Source: a virus. Taken from it: a stretch of 64,000 nucleotides of DNA. The stretch covers positions 1-64,000 of the IMG/VR virus record IMGVR_UViG_3300048592_000244. One strand, given 5' to 3'. The stretch's first letter is position 1. Each line of letters opens with the position of its first letter. Under the pieces are notes generated by a model that did no database searches, was not told where the DNA came from, and saw only the letters and a list, made by a program, of their open reading frames with translations. A program made the position numbers and the translations under genes. Below, piece by piece: positions 1-8,329 of this stretch.

Positions 1-20
1 GGGAAAAGCGAGACGACCGC

Positions 21-740
21 GTGAACAAGAAGTATTGGGGGATGCTTCATATCGTCGTCGAGTTCGGGAAGGAGCACGCCGTGAACTTCGGCGAGCACAA
101 TCGGTTCATCTCAGCGTTCGGTGGCATCGTCGGCAAGGCCGGGTTCTACGGCCAGCACCACTACACGGTGATGCAGGGACAGCCTGACGCTCGTGTGGTG
201 TTTTCCGCCACCTTCCGTATGGAAGCAGAACGCCCGAAGGAAATTCCCGACAAGGAGTTCATGCTCTCCGCTCTCGGCGGTGAGGAAGTAATGAAGTCCA
301 CCTTCACCCGGTATGCCGAGCTTGCCGAGGAGTACACCAAGATGTACGAGCACGAGGAGGAGGTGAAGCGGCAGGCCAACAACATCGTCCGTCACTTCAC
401 TGAGGAAGCGTGCGCCGAGGCGAAGAAGGTGGTCCGGTACGAGCAGCGCATGGCGGCGTTGCAGGCTGAGTACGTCGCTGAGGTTGAGGCGGTGGTCAAA
501 GCGAACATGAACGACTGGAAGGCGACTCTGGTGAAGGACAATGACGTCATCACCGAAGCGATCAAGCTGGGCATGGAGCATGTACCGGCGCACGCTGTCG
601 GAGCCGCGAAGAAAACAGGCGTGTTCAGGTCCGGCAATACGGACCCGGTGAAGTACGACGTTGCCACCATTGACGAGTGGCTGGAGGAAAAAGGCCATGT
701 CGATCAAGTTGTCAGTGGGAGTCCAACCGTCGAAGGGTAA
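21..740 (+). CDS. hypothetical protein
   Basis: 239-aa ORF with phage-typical codon usage, GTG start. Confidence 0.7.
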   Translation: MNKKYWGMLHIVVEFGKEHAVNFGEHNRFISAFGGIVGKAGFYGQHHYTVMQGQPDARVVFSATFRMEAERPKEIPDKEFMLSALGGEEVMKSTFTRYAELAEEYTKMYEHEEEVKRQANNIVRHFTEEACAEAKKVVRYEQRMAALQAEYVAEVEAVVKANMNDWKATLVKDNDVITEAIKLGMEHVPAHAVGAAKKTGVFRSGNTDPVKYDVATIDEWLEEKGHVDQVVSGSPTVEG

Positions 741-948
741 GACCCAGATCGTCGTGCATTATCCGGTGCTGGAAGTCGAGAGCCCGGAGGAGGCCGAAGC
801 TCTGCTGGCTTTCACATGCAGCAAGAACAGCGACGGTCTGCACATCGCCAACGAAGTAGAACTCGACAGATCGAACGCGCTGCTTGCGTTCCAGCGGCGG
901 CTGGCCGATGCCTACGCCGTGATGAAAAGGAAACCGAGGAGGAAATAG
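697..948 (+). CDS. hypothetical protein
   Basis: ATG at 697 after GGAGG; in frame with ORF 661..948. Confidence 0.6.
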   Translation: MSIKLSVGVQPSKGKTQIVVHYPVLEVESPEEAEALLAFTCSKNSDGLHIANEVELDRSNALLAFQRRLADAYAVMKRKPRRK

Positions 949-950
949 CT

Positions 951-1211
951 ATGACGAAGCGAACCTCGCACTACGAGTCCGAGGAGTACAAGAAGCTGCG
1001 TGAGCATCTTCGAGAGCACGCCACCGGCTACTGCCAGCGTGAGCATACTGGCGTGAGCGAAAGCGGCTACGGCTACCACCTCGAAATCTGGACGAACAAG
1101 CACACCATATACCCGGTGATGTTGACAGCGTGGGAGCAGCCGAGTGGTGAGTGGTACTGTCAACTTTGGGACGGCGGTCCCATTGAATTTCCCACAGAAG
1201 ACGAGGAGTAG
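951..1211 (+). CDS. hypothetical protein
   Basis: ATG at 951 after GGAGGA; abuts neighbours. Confidence 0.65.
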   Translation: MTKRTSHYESEEYKKLREHLREHATGYCQREHTGVSESGYGYHLEIWTNKHTIYPVMLTAWEQPSGEWYCQLWDGGPIEFPTEDEE

Positions 1212-1213
1212 CC

Positions 1214-2164
1214 ATGCCGTTCATCGACTACACAGGTAAGGGCCGCAAGGGGCTGGGGAAAAAGACGCTCTGGCTGATTGAGCAGGCCAACATCATTCTG
1301 GATGAGTACACAGAGCAGGGCTACGTCCTTACGTTGCGGCAGTTGTACTACCAGATGGTCAGCCGCAATATGATCCCTAACTCCGACAAGTCCTATAACA
1401 ACCTCGGCAGTGCAATTTCCACCGGGCGTGAACGTGGTCTGATTGATTGGGACCAGTTGACTGACCGCCTGCGAGAACTGGTGGAGTGGCAGACCTACGA
1501 CAACGTGCCGGAAGCCATCAGCCAACTGGCCGAGAGATTCCGACTGGACAAGTGGCGCAACCAGTCCTACCGACCGGAGGTGTGGGTAGAGAAGGACGCG
1601 CTGAGTGACGTCGTTCGTCGTGCCTGCTGGAAATTGCAGGTGCCCTACCTTGTGTGTCGTGGCTACGGCAGTTCGTCAGCACTGTGGCAGGCAGGCCGCC
1701 GCATGATCGAGCACAGGAAGTCCGACCAGCAACCCTACGTGATCCACCTTGGCGACCATGACCCGTCCGGCCTGCACATGACGGAGGATAATCGCAACCG
1801 CATCAGCTTGTTCGGCCTGCCAGCGATGGTAGGTGACAAGCGAGCCAGACCACAACTCAAGCGTATCGCTCTGAACATGGATCAGATCGAGCAGTACAAC
1901 CCGCCGCCGAACCCGGCCAAGCAGACAGACTCACGCTGGCAAAGCTACGTGGATCAGACCGGGCTCGATGAGTCGTGGGAGCTTGACGCACTGGAGCCAG
2001 CAGTCATTGAGGAACTGATTGAGTATGCCGTGCTGGAAATTCGTGACGATGATGCGTGGGAGGAAATGGTCAAGCTGGAAAATGAAGGCCGTAAACTGTT
2101 GACCACATGCTCCGATGGCTGGGGCGATGTGCGGGAATTTTTGAATGACACGTTTGGTGAATAA
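1214..2164 (+). CDS. Topoisomerase VI subunit A/Spo11-like TOPRIM protein (Mini-A-like)
   Basis: TLRQLYY (winged-helix catalytic Tyr motif), VWVEKDAL (TOPRIM Glu), RGYGS, GDHDPSG (DxD), ELDAL. Confidence 0.8.
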   Translation: MPFIDYTGKGRKGLGKKTLWLIEQANIILDEYTEQGYVLTLRQLYYQMVSRNMIPNSDKSYNNLGSAISTGRERGLIDWDQLTDRLRELVEWQTYDNVPEAISQLAERFRLDKWRNQSYRPEVWVEKDALSDVVRRACWKLQVPYLVCRGYGSSSALWQAGRRMIEHRKSDQQPYVIHLGDHDPSGLHMTEDNRNRISLFGLPAMVGDKRARPQLKRIALNMDQIEQYNPPPNPAKQTDSRWQSYVDQTGLDESWELDALEPAVIEELIEYAVLEIRDDDAWEEMVKLENEGRKLLTTCSDGWGDVREFLNDTFGE

Positions 2165-2175
2165 GGAGTGAACCC

Positions 2176-2898
2176 ATGACCGACAATGTGATAACCAAGA
2201 TCAAGCTCAACAAGCTATACACGCAGAACTGGTGGTACTTGGAGAAAATATTGCCACAGTTCTGTACCAAGCTGCCGCAGGAAAAGAAGGGCGACGTCGC
2301 CAGATTCCGCATCGACAAGCCATTGCCGACGCAGGATGAAATGACGGCGTTGATTGCCAAGTGGTACACCACCAGCGCCGAAGGACTCATCAGTGACGCG
2401 AACAGTGAGATCGAAGACCTGAAAAACGAGGTTGAGGAGTGGAAAGACAACATCGAGGAAAATTTCAGCGGCACGGAGAAGTACAACCAACTGGAGGAAG
2501 CATACGATCAGCTTGAGAACTATAGCGAACTCGAATGGCCGAGTGAAATTGAGGACTTCGAGATAGTCTACATTCCTCCGGTGCCAAAGATGTTCCGTGG
2601 GCGCATCACCCAGAGCCGTGCGTCACGTCTTGAGGAAGCCTGCGACAAGTTGCAGGTGGTTATGGACTGCCTCGAAGACCACAAGACAGAAGTCGTTGAG
2701 AAGTTGCGGAAATTGCTGGAAGACCTTGAGGACGTCGAGCGCACTGATGAGCAGCGCCAGCAGTTCTGTGATGAAAACGGCATCACAGGCGATGAAAGCC
2801 CGGATGATCTTGAGTCGGCTATCGACGACTTCATTGGTGAAATTGAAAACAACAAGTCGGAAGTCGAGGGCGTGGAGTTCCCCGGCATGTTTGGCTAA
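2176..2898 (+). CDS. hypothetical acidic helical protein
   Basis: 240-aa ORF, AAGGAG RBS. Confidence 0.75.
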   Translation: MTDNVITKIKLNKLYTQNWWYLEKILPQFCTKLPQEKKGDVARFRIDKPLPTQDEMTALIAKWYTTSAEGLISDANSEIEDLKNEVEEWKDNIEENFSGTEKYNQLEEAYDQLENYSELEWPSEIEDFEIVYIPPVPKMFRGRITQSRASRLEEACDKLQVVMDCLEDHKTEVVEKLRKLLEDLEDVERTDEQRQQFCDENGITGDESPDDLESAIDDFIGEIENNKSEVEGVEFPGMFG

Positions 2899-2910
2899 CA
2901 GGAGACCGCT

Positions 2911-3249
2911 ATGTTCAATGACGCTTCGCCGTTCCCGTGGCTTGTGGAAGGCAACGTCCTATACCGGATCGACAAGGTGGAAGGGGGTACGGAAAAAAAG
3001 ACGGAAATTGCCAGATTTCGAGTGTTCCAGATTCAAGGCAAAAGTAAGTTGAAGGGTGTCAGCATCGAGGAGGCACACGACAACGCAGCACTGGTCGCCC
3101 ACGCTATGAAGCTCTACATGAAGATGGAGGAATTCCTGACCGATGTCTTCAACGACGCGACGACAGAGGCTGGCGGCAAGTTGGTATCAAAGGAAGCGAA
3201 GAAACTGCGGGACGAATTCTATGCCCATGAGGACGTGTCGCAGGAGTAG
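2911..3249 (+). CDS. hypothetical protein
   Basis: AGGAGACCGCT-ATG start. Confidence 0.7.
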   Translation: MFNDASPFPWLVEGNVLYRIDKVEGGTEKKTEIARFRVFQIQGKSKLKGVSIEEAHDNAALVAHAMKLYMKMEEFLTDVFNDATTEAGGKLVSKEAKKLRDEFYAHEDVSQE

Positions 3250-3289
3250 GTAACATCAACCCATCACTTTTTTGAACAGGAGCTACACA

Positions 3290-4726
3290 ATGACAGAACA
3301 GACGACAATCGAACCGACCCCAGCATTCGAGACCGCTGAGGTCCAACAGGCACTGCGGACAGCACGCACCGTTCGCATGTCCTACGAGCCGGTCCAGAAT
3401 CTCATGGCCGAACTCAAGAACATGCAGGAGCGCAGCCGTGACTTCCTCGTCCCCTTCGACAAGTTGAAGGCGAAGCTGGTGGAAAACACCTTGCTCAAGG
3501 ACGACGGTGTTTACAGCACCTACAAGATGGTGCTGGAACTGAGCGAGGTGCCGGAAATTGGCACCATCGAACTCGGCCTGTACGAGCACGTCATCACTCA
3601 GCTTTGCCAGTTGACGACCATCAACGGCAAGGCGGGCGTGCCGACGCAGTACCTCAAGCGCCTGCTGAGTGATAACACCGACCGTGGTCTCGTGGCCCTC
3701 GGTGCCGTCAACGTGCAGGAATTGTTGAGCCGACGCTATGGCGAGGTTCACACCCGTGGCAAGACCGGCGAGGCGAAGGCGGTGCTGGTCCGCACCTTCA
3801 AGTTCGACGACGGGTTCAAGTGCCGGGCACTGTGCAGTGACCGCTACTTTCCGATCAAGACACTGGAGATGGTGACGATTGCGCTCGGCTTGGCCGGTGG
3901 CGCGATCAAGGTCAACGCTGACGGCGAGACGGCGGTGCAGGGTGCCTTCGTTTTCGACAAGCACGTCAGTGTGCAGAAGTGCAGCGTAGGCTTCACCAAC
4001 CCCAGCTACGCCTTCGACCTGCGCAACCCGGACAAGGGAATCATCCGGGCGGAGAGCATCACCAAGAACGAGGGCGGCAACCCGGTGTTCCACTACCCCG
4101 GTGGCGCGACCTACACCCTCGGCGGGAAATTCAACTACCCGGAGAGCGGGCCGCGCCAGCACCTCGTCTTCCCGGCGTGCCGAATTTCCAACAGCGAGAC
4201 CGGGGGCGGCAGCGCCGTCATCCAGCCGATGCTGTTTGAGGGTGCGTGCCTCAACGGTATGGTCTTCGCCACCGAGATGCGCCGGACACACATCGGCTCC
4301 ATCATGGAGGAAGCCAACGAGTTCGAGTCCAACGAGACCAAGAAGAAGAAAATGGAGACTGTCATCAGCATGATGACCGACGCCATGAAGCAGGTCTTCT
4401 CGATGGAGTCGTTCGAGGACAACTGCAAGAAATTCCTCAAGCTCAAGGACGTCCACCTCAAGTCGAACGTCGTCAAGGAAGTCACCGAGGAATTGCTGTC
4501 GGCGATTCCGGGCGGTGAGGGTCTGCTGGAGGACGTGCTCAAGTCCTACGAGCAGTTCACCTCCGGCATCGACTCGCTGTTCGATGTCCAGCGTGCGTTG
4601 ACCAACGTGGCGCAGGACCAGAACTACGACAAGCAGTCGGCGCTTGAGGAACTCGGCGGGATGCTGGCGTCCGGTGAGAAGAAGGTCGCTGACAAGTACC
4701 TCGTCGCGGCGACTGGCGCTCGCTAA
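3290..4726 (+). CDS. DUF932-like protein
   Basis: ISNSETGGGSAVIQPMLFEGACLNGMV matches the NSExG...CxNG signature; AGGAG RBS before ATG 3290. Confidence 0.6.
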   Translation: MTEQTTIEPTPAFETAEVQQALRTARTVRMSYEPVQNLMAELKNMQERSRDFLVPFDKLKAKLVENTLLKDDGVYSTYKMVLELSEVPEIGTIELGLYEHVITQLCQLTTINGKAGVPTQYLKRLLSDNTDRGLVALGAVNVQELLSRRYGEVHTRGKTGEAKAVLVRTFKFDDGFKCRALCSDRYFPIKTLEMVTIALGLAGGAIKVNADGETAVQGAFVFDKHVSVQKCSVGFTNPSYAFDLRNPDKGIIRAESITKNEGGNPVFHYPGGATYTLGGKFNYPESGPRQHLVFPACRISNSETGGGSAVIQPMLFEGACLNGMVFATEMRRTHIGSIMEEANEFESNETKKKKMETVISMMTDAMKQVFSMESFEDNCKKFLKLKDVHLKSNVVKEVTEELLSAIPGGEGLLEDVLKSYEQFTSGIDSLFDVQRALTNVAQDQNYDKQSALEELGGMLASGEKKVADKYLVAATGAR

Positions 4727-4749
4727 ACACCCTACTGTCGGAAAAGGTT

Positions 4750-4781
4750 GAGGGGCTTCCCTTTGGGCGGCCCCTCTTTTT
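4750..4781 (+). terminator. Rho-independent terminator
   Basis: GAGGGGC...GCCCCTC stem followed by TTTTT. Confidence 0.7.
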
Positions 4782-4799
4782 CCCGCAAGGGGGTGTACC

Positions 4800-5237
4800 G
4801 TGTCGGAAATTATGGTAAACCCCGTGGTCGCAGTGCCGATCTATGGGGTGTGCCCGGAAGGGTACATCAAGCACGAAGGCTACCCGGTCCTTGGCGTCGA
4901 TGGACGTCCGGTGCCGAGCCCGAGAGGATGGAGTGGGATGGTCGATGACCCTGACGGGTCTGTCGGCTTGATCCTGTTCGCCGCCTTCTTACCCGAGAGG
5001 GTGACTGGCGGTGAGATCATTCCTCTCGGTAGAACCTTCGCGGAAAATCTAGGGCAGGCAGCAGCAGTCATCTGCTCTTTTCCTCCGGTGTACCCCAAGA
5101 TCGAACATTTCCGAGCACGACACATGCGGGTCGTATCGGACACAGCAATCAGGGCGGATGTATTTTTCCCGCAGTGGCTGTTGGCAACAATGCTAGGGAG
5201 GAAAAAGGATGGCGGAAGTCACAGCCTATTTCGTTGA
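4800..5237 (+). CDS. hypothetical protein
   Basis: 145-aa ORF, GTG start after AAGGGGG. Confidence 0.6.
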   Translation: MSEIMVNPVVAVPIYGVCPEGYIKHEGYPVLGVDGRPVPSPRGWSGMVDDPDGSVGLILFAAFLPERVTGGEIIPLGRTFAENLGQAAAVICSFPPVYPKIEHFRARHMRVVSDTAIRADVFFPQWLLATMLGRKKDGGSHSLFR

Positions 5238-5601
5238 AGACACATTGCACGCTGAACTCAAGCGGAATATCACGCACGACTTCCGTCTGCCTGATGTTTT
5301 CCGTCAGATTCTCCTAAAGGGAATCGAGGATTTTGACGATGTAGTATTTCCATACTTCGAGAATGAGGAGTTTGTCGCCTACCTCAAAGACCCGAAGTTC
5401 AAGAGCAGAAGGAACGGACACAGTGTCCCCGTGGAATTTCCCACGAAACGCGCATTGAAGAATTTCCAGAAGGCGACAAAGGAGGCAGCAGAGAGAGTAG
5501 AAGAAACCCTGAACCTGTCCGGCATAAGGGTGCATCACATTGTGCGGGCCATCTTCCGTAGCTGGCTCGATAAGAAACTTGAAACAACGCTGGTCAACTA
5601 G
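5209..5601 (+). CDS. hypothetical protein
   Basis: 130-aa ORF, GGAGG RBS. Confidence 0.65.
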   Translation: MAEVTAYFVEDTLHAELKRNITHDFRLPDVFRQILLKGIEDFDDVVFPYFENEEFVAYLKDPKFKSRRNGHSVPVEFPTKRALKNFQKATKEAAERVEETLNLSGIRVHHIVRAIFRSWLDKKLETTLVN

Positions 5602-5616
5602 AGACAGGAGATTGGA

Positions 5617-7293
5617 ATGAACGAGGCCATGCAGGAAACCACGCGAGCAACTCAGGCAGATTTTCACCCAGAGAATCTGCTGACCGGCGCGATGGTTTCA
5701 GGCACGCATCCGGTCAGTGCGCCGGGCGGCCTGCTCAATCGAGTCTGGCACCTGTTCGACCAAGCCCAGAAGGGCGGCATCAGCACAGAACGTGTGCATG
5801 AGATCGTCCGGGGCTTGCCGGAACTGCGCCAACTCGTCGAGCAGTACACCGACCCCAGCACGGGCAAACCGCGTGCAGAGTGTGCCGACCCATCGAACCC
5901 CGGTGTGGTCGCAATGAAAGATGAGACCGCGTGCTTCGGCAGGAAGTGCGGATTCGCGTCCGGCTGCTTCTTGCAGTGCTCACTCGGTCCATCACATCGA
6001 CAGGACGGGACGCCCCTCGGCGTAGAGGGACAGGCCCCGGCCTACAACACAGCAGGACAGCCGCTCGGCAACGAGCAGTACACAGGCGTGCTCAAGGTGG
6101 ACGCCGAGGGGAACGTAATTTCCCCACAGCGCCACCGGGACAACTCGTGCATCACGCTGAGTATGTTCCTGCGTCTGGCGGGGATACCGCCCGCGCCGAC
6201 ACAACAACTGTCGGATGCACTGTGGGACATACTCCCGCAGGCACTGACAGCAGTGGAGCAGGGACTGCAAGCCCAGCCACAGCCGACCCCCGCAGCAGCG
6301 GCCCCGGCACAGGCACCGCCTGCACCACCGTCAGCACCACCGGCACCGCCACAGCCAGCCGCACCACCGCAGGCTGCTCCGCCCCAGCCGCAGGCTGCAC
6401 CACAGCCCCCGCAGGCGGCACCGCAGACTGCACCTCCAGCGCAGACACCGGCCCCGGCGACTCCGCCTGCTGGTCATGGATTGCCGCCGATTTTCCCCGG
6501 CGTCAATCTGAGCTACGACCAGCAGTGCGAATTGCACGCACTGATGTATGCGCTGGAGCACTCGCCGGAAAAGCCGAAGGGCGCACAGGCGATCAAGAAC
6601 ATGGAGAAGCGACACGCAGAAGCGAAGAAAACGCCGAAGGCAATTCTCGCTGCGTGGCGTAAGCCGTGCGAAGATCGCTCGCTGGTCATCGGTAGCGGCA
6701 CCAGTGCCCGGTTGAAGCCGGAGTTCTGGCCGCAGCACATTCCGGTTCCTGCGGGATATTACGAGACCGAAGCGCAGGCGTCGGCCACTCCGCAACCAGC
6801 ACCGCCTGCAAACGTACCGCCCGCTGCCGCGCCAGTGACTCCGGCAGCACCACAGACTGTGGCAGTGAAGCCGCAGGCTCCCGTGAACCCGCCGCAGAAG
6901 GTCGATTCCGACCAGAACGCGCCGGTGGCACCGGGAGGAAATTCACCCGTGGACATCAACACTGTCACACTGGACCCGGAATCAAAGGAGGCCCTCAAGG
7001 CGCACACCGAGGCTATGAACAATCTCGCTGCCGCGCTGCGAGGAGCGACGTTTCAAGGAGCAGGGCAAGACGGAGGAAATTCAGCAGGGACTCAACAAGC
7101 TGGCCAACCTCCTGCTCAAGTTCAGCAAGCTCCCCAACAGCCCGCAGGGCCTCCGCCAGTCTACGCCCAGCAACCTGCCCCAGCCCAGCAGCCCCCAGCC
7201 CCTCCCCCTCCACCAACCACCTTCCGTGACTACGGAAATCCCGTCAACGCCAGCGGTCCCATCGTTGACCCCGGACAGCCAACCATCAGGTAA
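5617..7293 (+). CDS. Pro/Ala/Gln-rich protein with a Cys cluster
   Basis: 558 aa; CFGRKCGFASGCFLQC cluster; long PAQ low-complexity tracts; AGGAGATTGG leader. Confidence 0.8.
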   Translation: MNEAMQETTRATQADFHPENLLTGAMVSGTHPVSAPGGLLNRVWHLFDQAQKGGISTERVHEIVRGLPELRQLVEQYTDPSTGKPRAECADPSNPGVVAMKDETACFGRKCGFASGCFLQCSLGPSHRQDGTPLGVEGQAPAYNTAGQPLGNEQYTGVLKVDAEGNVISPQRHRDNSCITLSMFLRLAGIPPAPTQQLSDALWDILPQALTAVEQGLQAQPQPTPAAAAPAQAPPAPPSAPPAPPQPAAPPQAAPPQPQAAPQPPQAAPQTAPPAQTPAPATPPAGHGLPPIFPGVNLSYDQQCELHALMYALEHSPEKPKGAQAIKNMEKRHAEAKKTPKAILAAWRKPCEDRSLVIGSGTSARLKPEFWPQHIPVPAGYYETEAQASATPQPAPPANVPPAAAPVTPAAPQTVAVKPQAPVNPPQKVDSDQNAPVAPGGNSPVDINTVTLDPESKEALKAHTEAMNNLAAALRGATFQGAGQDGGNSAGTQQAGQPPAQVQQAPQQPAGPPPVYAQQPAPAQQPPAPPPPPTTFRDYGNPVNASGPIVDPGQPTIR

Positions 7294-7357
7294 GAGTGGG
7301 AAAGGGCCTGCCACTCCACCACCTTTGAATTCTCAGGCCGACAAGAAGGGAGCAGCC

Positions 7358-7753
7358 GTGAAGAAGACGGCGAAGAAAAAGCCCGCTGCCAAGAAGAAGG
7401 CGGCTGCCAAGAAAAAGGCACCCGCCAAGAAGAAGGCACCGGCAAAGAAGTCCGCAGCAAAGAAGAAGCCCGCTCCGAAGAAGTCGGCTGCCAAGAAGAA
7501 GACGGCAGCCAAGAAGACGGGCGGGGCGAAGAAGGAAAATCGCCCGCGCAACATCGAGCCGCACAAGCGTTACCCGGACGTCGAGTCCCTGCCCTACAAG
7601 TGGCAGCCGGGCACGAAGAACAAGCCGGGCAGTCGTGGTCGTCCGCCCACCGGCTGGAAGAAGAACAAGGACGGCGAGTACGTGGCACCGAAGGGCTGGC
7701 GGAAAATCGCTGGCAAGTGGCACAAGCCCGTGGAGAAGGCCAAGCGAAAGTAG
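7358..7753 (+). CDS. Histone H1-like (Lys/Ala/Pro-repeat) DNA-binding protein with AT-hook-like RGRP motif
   Basis: KKxAAKK repeats over about 55 aa, then GSRGRPP (RGRP at 7634-7645); GTG start after GAAGGGAG. Confidence 0.8.
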   Translation: MKKTAKKKPAAKKKAAAKKKAPAKKKAPAKKSAAKKKPAPKKSAAKKKTAAKKTGGAKKENRPRNIEPHKRYPDVESLPYKWQPGTKNKPGSRGRPPTGWKKNKDGEYVAPKGWRKIAGKWHKPVEKAKRK

Positions 7754-7762
7754 AGGTGCGCC

Positions 7763-8329
7763 TTGAGCAAGAGGATGTACGACGCGCTCAAGGACATCGA
7801 CGACATGGGTCTCGTCAGGCTGCGTGAGCAGCACAAGCGTGACCCGCTTTGGTGTGACATGAAATTCGGTTCTTGGCTGGAGGTGCATTGTGCCTTCCGT
7901 GAGGAACGCGGTCATGCCAGAGGCTTTCGCAAGGGAGTGAAGGCTGGGTTGGCGCAGGCCGAAGGGTCTGCGCCGCCCGTCTCCATGAGGACGCTGGCGT
8001 TAGTCTGGAGCGTGATAGTCCCGGCCCTCGCGGTCGTGAACGCTCTGCTGCTATTGCTGGCAATCAGGTTGATTGAGCAGGACTTAGTGATGTGGTTCGC
8101 CCTCGTCATGGTGCTCCTGCCTTTCACAGTTGTGTCGCAGGCAACAGGTACAGGCTTCCTGTTCCAACGGCTCTACAACTGGTGTCTCAAACGACCGGAT
8201 GATGAGCAGGTGATTGTCGTAAAGGTTCCGATGGAATCTGCCGATAAGGAAGACGACGAATACAGCCTGTGGGGAACGGAGCAGATCAACGATGCCATCA
8301 ACGAAGGTACAAGTAGCGACAGCGACTGA
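7763..8329 (+). CDS. membrane protein
   Basis: Two hydrophobic segments (LALVWSVIVPALAVVNALLLLLAI; LVMWFALVMVLLPFTVV). Confidence 0.7.
   Translation: MSKRMYDALKDIDDMGLVRLREQHKRDPLWCDMKFGSWLEVHCAFREERGHARGFRKGVKAGLAQAEGSAPPVSMRTLALVWSVIVPALAVVNALLLLLAIRLIEQDLVMWFALVMVLLPFTVVSQATGTGFLFQRLYNWCLKRPDDEQVIVVKVPMESADKEDDEYSLWGTEQINDAINEGTSSDSD

Noticed and set aside
3149-4456. Long minus-strand ORFs (also 47480..49126, 46827..48071, 37920..38915 and those opposite the tape measure gene)
   Set aside because: Antisense shadows of GC3-biased + strand genes; no RBS or recognisable motifs, and fully overlapped by well-supported genes
7370-7530. Tandem AAGAAG/GCC repeats resembling a repeat array
   Set aside because: They encode the Lys/Ala repeats of the H1-like protein; no constant repeat with unique spacers, so not CRISPR
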